A stretch of DNA of 64,000 nucleotides from Trichinella spiralis (Eukaryota), in the NCBI RefSeq assembly GCF_000181795.1, contig NW_003526948.1:1315444-1379443 (forward strand), written 5' to 3'. Each line of letters begins with the position of its first letter. Within the stretch, counting starts at the first letter, position 1. Both the position numbers and the translations under genes were made by a program. The notes under the pieces are model-generated. The model was not told the origin of the DNA. It made no database searches and saw only the letters and a list, made by a program, of their open reading frames with translations. This document shows positions 41,601 to 52,200 of this stretch, piece after piece.

Positions 41601-44600
41601 TCTTTCAATGAACAGTCCAAGGTATTTTAATTCATATTTGTATTTAACGCTCTAGTAATGGAATGATTTGAATTTGCATTCAGAAACAACTGAATGCTTA
41701 AATTGCTGCAAGTAAAATGTAAATTTTTTCATGACATTTATAATGAGATACTGAATATGATGCTGAAATACTTTAATATGCATTTTATTTGAATGGAAAT
41801 AATATACTTTTCTTAAACGTGCTTCAATTTATCTATGCATACATACATACATATATATATATGTATATATTCAGTTGCTTATTTTCATCTAAATAGTCTT
41901 TCGACAACACTGGATTCGTTATTATGATGTGGAAGTAATTATTTATTGCAAGTAAGAAATTAAAAACACAACTTTGTTTTATTGAAATGTAACGTGAACC
42001 AAACTGATCAAGTTGTATCAATAGAAGAAGTGTAAAAATTTTTGCAAGGTATTGCATTTGCGTGAACTCATTCATATTATTATAGTCTCAGGAGAGAAAA
42101 GTTATTAAATTTTGCTTTTCAGAGTTATTTTAAAAATAAATCCATTTTTATAAAATGCAGAAACGTTCAATAATATTTCATCAATACATGCTCATGCGCG
42201 AACAAATGGTATCAAATGAGAAGGTTACGTTGCTTGTTTAGCCCCTTAATGCTTTCATATTTACTCGATTAAGAAGAAAGAGCACTTATACAATAGTTTC
42301 AAGTGAATTCAAGTGGGACCTGACACTGGAAAATGTATTTTAATTTTGGAGAACGATAGCTTTGTTTAATCGATGAATTTCTTAATCATTACACGGACGG
42401 TAAAGGAAATTAGTTCAAAGTAATCCAAATACTTTACGCTGGCAATTTCGCAAATTGTTCTAGCAGCTCTAGAAAGCCCTTATCAAGTATTTATCCGGTT
42501 TAACATTGTTTAGCATCGATCGTTCACTAATCTTTTATCAATGATGATGATGAACAAGTGCAAAGCAATTTTTCTTCACCGACTATATTCAAATACAAAT
42601 TTTTTATGCAATACTTTTGCTTTTTAGAAATTGAATTTCTTTTTTTTTCTTATCTATAGCACAGTGAAGTATAAAAAGAGGTGGATGTATTCATGAAGTT
42701 TGTAAATAATTTCTTAAATATTAAGATTGCTAACCATCACATTAATTAATTAAATTGATCAACTTTCATTTGAAGCAACTTTGCTTGAGTTAAAAGAGAT
42801 ATTTGTTCGAGCAAAAGCATTTGTCAATAAGGTCCAACAATTATGAGGTGGAGCAAATTTTAACATGAAGATTTCAACGCCTTGTGTGATCAGCAAGATT
42901 GACGTTTTAATCTTCAATTGGAAGGCTGGCTTAGCCGCTGTCGTCAGCTGTCGCAAAATTAAATTTATGAAAATCAGCTGTCCAATAGCTTAATGCTAGA
43001 GCAAGGGGAATAATTTGTTTATATATTAAGTGCATCTCTGTTGTTATTAAGTGATATTTCACTTTCACAGGTAGATGAAATTAATCAAAAAATTGTCAAG
43101 AAAGTCAAATAAACTGAATCGTTCTCAAATTGAAATACGCGAAGTTAGCGTTGATAAGAGTTACAAATAAATTAATTATAACTTGATGCTATGCATGCTA
43201 AATATAGATGCAATGGAGAAAATGTACCATGTGTTAACTACGAAGTAACAGGTATTCTCTTCAATTAAATAATTTACTCTCGATATTTTATATCTAATCT
43301 GATCTAATCTCATCTAATCTCATCTCATCTCATCTTAACAATAATTGATCAGAATAAATTTGTTTTTGCATAACTTTTATCAATACAAATGCAGCAACAA
43401 TGCATTGCAACTAGTGAATTTTTATTTATATAATGTGCTATTGCAAAATTCTTAAGGAAATAGTTTGAATTTGATGCATAAATTTGACAAAATTATTTTT
43501 ATTTTTGACTGAAAGAACATGTTGTCTCTAAAACAATAAATCTTGATTTTGAATATCATTTAATTGATAAAATTAATTTCTTTTTTTCAGCTTAACTACT
43601 TGGCAAGGTCGTGATATTAAAGGAATGGATTTCCAGAATCGTACAAAACGCTCAAGAAGAGGAAAGATTGGTGAACGACGTGAAGAAGAAGCAACCAAAG
43701 AAAAGCTTTCTGAACAAGACATTATACAAAAAGTAATGGATGGCTATGACTGGAGAGTTCGTCCAAGAGGATTAAATGCCAGCATACCAGGTAAACATTT
43801 TGTTGTATAAAATCTATCAAGCAAATGAATAAGATATATCGAAATTTTATTTTTATCTGAATGTGCAACAGTTATTTTTGTTTGTATATCATGTAATAAG
43901 GTAGTGAAAATAATTTTGTTGAATTGCTTAAAAAAATGATTAAAATAGCAAGGCAAGTTTTTTGCGTAAAATGAACTACTTCAAATTTTTTGAAAATTTA
44001 TTTATTTTACAGTACGTAAGCAGTGTGAAGTTTTATTATTAGGTAAACATATTAAGAGACTTCATGCTTTAACATCAGCATTCTAAATATGTGCATCACT
44101 GAATTACAATGCTATGAAATTAAGCCAATAGCGTTACAGCTTCATTTAATGTTGCTTCATACTGGATTCATTTATGATTATTCTGTTTAAATAATTGCAT
44201 CAAAGTTAATATTAGAACTTATATTTCAAAATGATAATTTGATTTTTCATCTAACTGATATTACTAAACTAGTTGCTTCAAAGAGGTCGGTCGAGTATTA
44301 TAAATGAGCAAATTGCAGCAGAGCAAATGCAAATTTCTCTATTCTTTGTTATGTTTTAGTTTGAAATTCAAGCCGCGGTTTATTTACGTTATCATTGATT
44401 TTATAAAACTTTATTGAATATTCTCGTAACACTATAATAAATATCAATATTATATAAAATTTGAATAAAACGCGTATTTACGAAAAAAGTGAACACTGTT
44501 GCATTTGTTATAGTTAGTTTGCATTAAATTAAATTAAGAGATTAAAATAACCAATGCTTTTTTTTATCCAGACACTGGTGGTCCAGTAATTGTGAACGTC

Positions 44601-47470
44601 AACATAATGATGAGAAGCATTAGCAAGGTCGATGATGTGAACATGGTGCGTACAACATTTTTCGCATTCATTTTATAATCACTTAGCAAAGTACACTTTT
44701 CCATTGTTTGATATTATTTCAACACAACATTATGCTGTAAATGAATGAATTGCTTGTTTTATTTATAAAATGAGTTGATATTAAATATAAATTAAAATAC
44801 TGCATTAATTTAAAATGATAAAATTGTTATTTCTGCACCTCAGGAATACAGCGTGCAGTTTACGTTTCGAGAGCAATGGGTAGATTCAAGACTTGCCTAT
44901 AAAAATATGGTATCCAGTGGTGTAGCTATGCCGAAGTTTGTCGTTCTTACACCAAATGACCAAAGTCAACAAGTGTGGATGCCAGATACATTTTTTCAAA
45001 ATGAAAAAGAGGCTAGACGACATATGATAGACAAGCCCAACGTTATGATTCGTATTTATCCTGATGGTGAAATGTTGTATAGCGTTAGGTGGGTGAATTT
45101 GTTTGTAGTACTGCTTAAAACTGTCATTTTATTAAGTAAAAGTTTACTTTAGCATAACGTTTTGTTGTATTAGAGTTTATTTTAAATAATAAATACAACT
45201 AAAAATAATGCAATATAATACAGTGTAATAAGGTATAATTTTCAAGTATATAGTTCGCTATAAATTTACCGTTTTATGAGTAATTTCACTGTCAGTTTTT
45301 TTTTGTCAAAATGAATATTATCTTTTGCTAATACATGTTTTTAGACTTTCTTTGGTTTTGTCTTGTCCAATGAGCTTGGAATATTATCCATTAGACCGGC
45401 AGACATGCCTCATTGATCTCGCAAGCTGTAAGAAGGATTTTAATTTATTTAAAGTTGTGAATTTGGTCTCTTTTAAATTTGCAATAAAATCATTTTTAGA
45501 CGGCTATACAACAGAAGACATTAAATACGAGTGGAAAGAAGATGGCCCGGTGCAATTAAAAGATGGTCTTAAAAATAGTTTGCCAAGTTTTGAACTTCAA
45601 GATGTAACTACTGGATTCTGCACAAGCAAAACGAATACAGGTGCAGTAAGCATGTAACATTTAATTTCCACAAAAATTTAACTCTTTTAATGGGAAGACT
45701 ATTTAAAAAAGCATTTCTTTGTAAGTTTTCCTTATAAAACCTTCGTAATAATAGCCGTGACTACTGCAATCAAGCTTAAATTTGGCGAGAAGCACATGCA
45801 AGCAACACTTTGACAATATATTCTGATAGCGCACTAACTACCATGTCATTTTGATGAATATTCAAATAATGAATTTGAGAAGTAAGGATTACGTGTATTA
45901 TAGGTGAATACAGCTGCTTACGAACGGTGTTAATTTTGCAGCGCGAGTTCAGTTATTATTTACTTCAATTGTACATTCCAAGCTTTATGCTTGTTATCGT
46001 CAGTTGGGTTTCATTCTGGTTAGAGAAGGAATCTGTGGCTGCCCGTGTAACTCTCGGAATTACTACACTGTTGACAATCACCACACAAGCTTCAGGCATC
46101 AATGCTAACCTCCCACCTGTATCTTATACCAAGGCAATCGACGTGTGGATTGAAGTCTGCGTAGCATTCATATTTTGCGCTTTGCTAGAGTTTGCATTGG
46201 TAAATTATGCCGCAAGAAAGGATAATATTGAGGCAATGAACCGCGCTGCGTATTCTTCTTCCAAAATGGTGCAATTTGGATATAAAAATTTTGCGGTAAT
46301 ATCTGTGTTCCATGTCTGCATTTAGCACTGCATTTTTTCATTTATGTAAAAAGCATTAATTATAACTGAAAGGTGTTTAATCTGTGTACAACATTTAAAC
46401 ATTCATTAAACATGCAAACAGTGCATTATATTAAGAAATTCAAATAAATTACTTTTAGAATCATATAAATATTTATTATTGCTTAATACCACTTTTGAAA
46501 ATTATACTACAAAATGTATTTCTGATATGATTAGGCAGACATGTTCGATAAATGACTTATAAATCTTGGTAAATGCTATTGATTTTTGCAGCTGATAATA
46601 TTATCAGTTAATATTTCTGTAGGCGTATTGTGTATGACTAAGTGTAGTTACATTTCAAGAAGTGAAACTGTAATCTGTACTGCTGCAGATTATAATTTAT
46701 AAAGCTTTGCTAAATATGAAATAAACTATCATGAATATATATTAACGTTTCAGCCAGTTAAATGAATGACTTTCTTTAAAATGACATTTTTTTGTTTTTT
46801 TTTTCATTTCATATCTGCTTGTGCTGCTCTTCTCTAACTGTTTTATCTTGTAATTTGTTTCTACTTCCATTTATGAAATATTGATTTATAATTGAAGTGC
46901 AATTAGTCATAAGTGTAAAATGCAGTGCTATGCGCATGTGCTCACTATTGTCTTTGTCGCATCTGAAATCGCATTTACTTTCTCCTCTTCATTCTTTTAT
47001 GCTCTATCTTCCATTTATGTTTACAATTACACTGAAACTTCCAACTGCAAATTTTCACATTTTTTCACAATTTTGCACTATATAATTTTTATTTTGCAAG
47101 CTATCATTGGCATGGCATGGCATCAGAGTTTCTTTATTTTCTATTCAGGATGTTAAGATTTCACTTCTGGAATAGCTGAATCCGTATTCACTTATAGATT
47201 GCCCCTTTTAAAGAAATGGATGAATCCTATATTCAGGATGATATTTACCAGTTTGACGTGCTTCAACGCGCTTTCCGTCTGTCTCATATAACAGCTGATT
47301 CGCCATATTATATTTCAAGTCCCACAAATTCTAAAATTTGGAATGGATTGTGTCGTTGGTTGAATAATTACAGGGAAAGGGCAAGACGAATTGACATTGT
47401 TGCTCGGATTATTTTCCCAATTGGATTCTTTACTTTCAATTTTGTCTACTGGTGTACATATTTATTATGA
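38667..47470 (+). CDS. avr-14: Glutamate-gated chloride channel subunit, AVR-14/GBR-2 type, isoform A (shared ligand-binding exons + TM cassette A)
   Basis: Shared exons 38667-38791 (signal peptide), 43591-43790, 44572-44645, 44844-45088, 45345-45427, 45500-45640, then cassette A 45904-46268 and 47198-47470. Motifs: YDWRVRPRG, Cys-loop [15 protein letters not shown], loop [14 protein letters not shown]1-M3, and M4 [11 protein letters not shown]. Confidence 0.9.
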
Positions 47471-48821
47471 AATTGACGAATACGAACTGATTAAACAATA
47501 TGTTTTATGATTTTCATTGAATTTTCAAATGTATATATTCACTTGATTCAAGTATTAAAATTCACACTTTTGAACACGTGCACATCTGAGCAACTAATTC
47601 TGAGTCTTTGGTGTCATTTTTTCTAGCACGGTTTCATGATAACACGGACTCCAGTGATTTTACTGCTGCCGATGTGTTGAACTATTTCTACGCATAGCAT
47701 TTGAATATTGCGGCTAGTTCCATTTCTAAAAATGCGAATTTCTCTTAATGCAATTATGCAGTTTATAAGTATGCTACAACAATAAGTTTCTACATTTAAT
47801 ACAAAGCGTGTGCTATACGAAGCAAGTCCTGTAATAAGCAATTCAAAAGCACCTATAATGGTTGATCAATTTATCAATAAAAATTATGAACAGCAATAAG
47901 TTTTGGAAAAAAATTGCTTGAATTTTGCTTGAAATCGATGTTTGTTAGTGTGAAATTTTATTTCAGGCGAATATAGCTGTCTCAGAACAATATTAACGTT
48001 AAAAAGAGAATACAGTTATTACTTAATTACTCTTTACATACCAAGCTTCATGCTTGTTGTTGTATCTTGGGTAAACTTTTGGATTGACAAAGATGCTGTT
48101 CCAGCTCGCGTTAGTCTTGGAGTGACAACACTGCTAACAATGACTACCCAAGCATCTGGTGTTAATGCTAAATTACCTCCAGTTTCATATACAAAAGCAA
48201 TTGACGTTTGGATAGGCGTTTGTCTTGCTTTTATATTTGGTGCTCTACTGGAATTTGCACTCGTCAACTACGCTGGTCGAGTAGAATTTTTGGAGAAGGA
48301 ACGACGAAAGCAAAAAGTCAATCTTCTAACTGATAACAGATGGTTACCTACAGTAGCGCTTCCGTTCATGATGCAACAGTCTTCCTCTGCAGCTAATCCT
48401 GCTGGAACGTTTATGCAAACGCGTCAGAGTACTCAATTTCCACAAATGCAGAGACAGATGCCTGCTGCTGACGGATTTTCAATTGAAGCAATGTGTCCAG
48501 AATGCAAAGCTGAGCAATCAGAAAAAAAGAAAGTACATGATTGGGAGGTAATAATTTTGATTGGTATTTTTTTCATTAAAAAATATCATTTTAATTAAGA
48601 GACCACTAACGGGAAATTCAATTGATCATCAGCAGAGAAGATCATCACCAGCTCCACCAATAATTAATCCTTCCCACAGAAGGAGTGGATTATCTTGGCT
48701 GCATTTATGGTTCGCAAAGTACAAGGAACGGTCAAAGAGGATAGATGTTATTTCAAGACTTGTATTCCCTATAGGCTTCTTTTTTTTCAATTGTATATAT
48801 TGGATTGCATATTTAGTTTGA
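38667..48821 (+). CDS. avr-14: Glutamate-gated chloride channel subunit, AVR-14/GBR-2 type, isoform B (shared ligand-binding exons + TM cassette B)
   Basis: The same shared exons splice from 45640 to the acceptor at 47967 (same phase, GEYSCLR). Cassette B exons are 47967-48532 (possible alternative donor after 48547) and 48600-48821. M2 [21 protein letters not shown]3 [18 protein letters not shown], and M4 [14 protein letters not shown]. Confidence 0.92.
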
Positions 48822-49295
48822 TTTCATTCATTGATAATGTGTGTACTGAAATTATTTTATTGTCTTTTTAAAATTAAAGCTTCTTTTTTGTAAAATATCT
48901 CGTTTCATTGAACATTAATTACTACATGCAATTAAAGCCAGTAATTTCTAAAGGAATCAAATAATCTATACTTGGAGTTGATCAAATTACCTTATAAATA
49001 ATTTGAAGTTTCTGCGAAGCGGAATAGTATTTGCTTAAGCATGCACATTATATACATTATTGCTTTTTCCTGAATCGTGAAATATTTATTTCTTTAGGGC
49101 ATGTCTATTCTTGATACAATTTCAAGTCTATTGTACACAGTATAGTTTATTCATTGTGCAACAAGGCAAGTTTAAAGAAAAAAGATTGGAACAAAAGTGC
49201 TCTGCCGAATAAAAAAAATTAACACACACAATTCTTTATCACAACGAAAAGTATACATCTCGTGGAAGTCAATAAGTGGTACCGTAATTTAATTA

Positions 49296-52200
49296 TTATG
49301 ATTTCTGATTTTCAATTATTTCAGTTGCAACGCCTTGATACTTGCAGTATAGCGTTGTAACGTGTTTCCAGTTAATGACGTGCTCAATGCTGTTAGATAA
49401 TGCTGGATCTATTGCAACCAAAGTACTTCCCTCTAAAATAAAGAATAATTAGAAACCAGTACTGATTATTATAAGTTATTTGACTTGTTAAATGACATTC
49501 TTTTTTTAATGTTTCCCATATCTTTATAAATAATCTAATGCCAGATAAGATTAATTACACTTCACTAATAGTTTTGAAAAAACATTGAAACATACTGCTT
49601 TTTTCTGAATGTACTTGCATATAGTTGTCATAAGTGCAGTAAGAATCGACGTTATCTTCTATAAGTAAATCCTCTTGGGCACTTGTACTGCATAAATTAC
49701 CTGAAATTAAAAATCGAATAAAATTAAAAATCAAAGTACAGCGCTACACGAAAATAAAATAAAGCATCAATGTGTAAACATTATAATAAAGGCTGAACTT
49801 TAACTTTAAAAATTTCTAATTTAAATTTTATAATAGCATATCGACAAATGCACCACCTTTATTATTTTAGAGTTTTTGTTTATTATTATTTGTTCATTAT
49901 TTAGAATTTGAGAGGAACCATCATTCTTTATCATTCTGCACTTATAGGGAAATATTAAAATGAATATTATTAGCCTAGTGTAACAAAAATGAACAAATAA
50001 AGATGTTTTTTCATTAATTCTGCAATGTAGCTGACTGCATTCGAATGATTACATTTGTTTTTAAATTAAATTACTTTCCAAAGTGATAAATGAATTCAGG
50101 TTCATATTGACCTTTCTGGTTTATGTTATTTGCATATTTACTGATTTTGATTTAGGCGCATCTATGCTGATTTGTTAGTCACGCATTAGCTGTTTTATGT
50201 ACACAATTCACTGTTAATTTACATGCTGTTACGTTACATATTATATTATTATCGCTGTTTCAAATCTTTTAGATTATTATACTGAGCTAACTAGCTCTTC
50301 ACCTCACCAGCTATTTGCTTGCGACTGAGTTCTACCTGTTGCGTACGTCAAGCACGGTCACATTGCAGCAGCCGACTTAATTTTCCTTTATCTAATATTG
50401 GAGCCAATATGATTCATCATTAGTTCTGATTTATGCGTAAGTATAATTTCAATATTTACATTTTGGTCTGTAATAAGTCACACAATAATAGGCATTGCTA
50501 GTGGAAAGATTTCTGCGTAAAATTTAACGCATTATCATTCCTGCTTTTTATATTTTTTCTTTAAATGTGTATCATTTTTAAGTTGTGAGTTCTGTATTAT
50601 TCACAGGGAAAAGAATGGAATGAATATCAGTTTCACTTCCCATGGCAGAGGCTATTTTTTTATAATTTAAAATAAGAATTTTCTTAAATTATTACTTACA
50701 TTTATGCTTTATTGCTACTTTTAAAGCAATGAAAAACTTTGTAAACACGTTGACAGGCGCAGGTGTAGCTGACTTTTTGTTCATTTGTCTGATGAGCTTG
50801 GCACGCCCAAATTTCCATTCAACATCAGACTGTGCCTGAATTCTTTGATACGTGTCTGACATCATAGCGATAAGCAAATTGATCAGCACTATTATTATAA
50901 CAATCAAATATACTGCATAAATAATTTTGATCAAAATGTGTCCCAGCAAAGGTGTAAGGTGTAAAGGAGGCAACGCCTCAACGCTAACCATGCCAAACAA
51001 GGAGAAAAACATCATTTCTGCTATCTGCACAATTGCTGGAATGCCTAATGAAATATCCTCATCGGGTTGGGAAAATGCAGGTTGAAAAACGGACGTGACG
51101 TGAATAGCAAATCCCAGCATGAAAAGAAACAGTATAACTAAGAAGCGCGTCAAATCATACATCAAGTTTCGAATAATAACTGCCCAAGGACCGAATAAAT
51201 GATGAACTGTTAAGAAATCCAAATAGTGTACAAATGTCGTGAGCAAGACCACTGCAAATAGCTGATTTTTTGCATAGAGCAGGGTGCGAGTGAATAGTAT
51301 TTTCTTTTCCACAGATTCAGAGCGCATGCAAAATATTGGATATGTGAAGGCAATTACATGCACGATCATTGCAATGCTGCTAAACAGAAGTGTAATTAAG
51401 CTAGTGAAGCGAGAAGATAATCCGCCAAGATGAGACAGCTCAGCCACTAGTTTACCACTTAGCCATAAGAGGAGAAAAAATTCAAGAATATTCGGAATAG
51501 GCGATGTTACTTCATAAATTGGATAAAATATTCTCAATATTTCCAGCGACAATAGCAAAGTGAAAAATAAATGCGAGACAAGATGACATGAAAATTTGAT
51601 GACTGGTGCTTCGTTAAGCTTGTAAGAAAGTGGCAAACTAAAAAATATCCAAGCTGGTGGAAAAATCAGCAGCACAAGAAAAAATAATGATAGCTGCCAA
51701 AAGTTCCAAGTAATTCCACCATTCCATACTTCAGTCAAATATCGTTGAACAGATGGATGGGAGACGACAATTTTTTGATTATGTTCAATCAGGGCATCAA
51801 TAAAAGGCTGACCTTTTCTGGTATGTGACTTTAAAATCACAGCTGGATTATGCTCAGATGCAGCAATGGACATTAAATCTGTGGCAATGTTTTCACAAAA
51901 TTCTGCGATTGAATTCAAATCACGAGTTCGTTCTTTTTCTTTGCTGGCAAAGGTTCTGTAGAAACTGCTCAAATGAACCGCCGTGTCTACTGGAGCTGGT
52001 GAATTTAAAATGAACTCTTGCAAGGGCAAGTTGTCTTGCTTTTTACCACATACCATCATGTCGAATAAAAACTGAAATGAAACGCTCTCTGTTTCAAAAA
52101 TGGAGATGAAACTGATCTATCAAATTGGAAGCAGCATGCTTGAAAAGTTAAGAAAGTTAAGAAGATTAGAAGAAGAAATAGAAAGGAATCGAAAATGAAG

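Noticed and set aside
45904..48821. Two separate tandem GluCl genes, or an assembly duplication
   Set aside because: Only one set of ligand-binding exons exists, and the cassettes are strongly diverged at the nucleotide level; this fits avr-14 alternative splicing.
50578..50651. In-frame alternative NOMPC terminal exon ([11 protein letters not shown])
   Set aside because: The acceptor is A-rich with no pyrimidine tract; the downstream exons 49700-49596 and 49432-49296 match TRPN C-terminal motifs much better.
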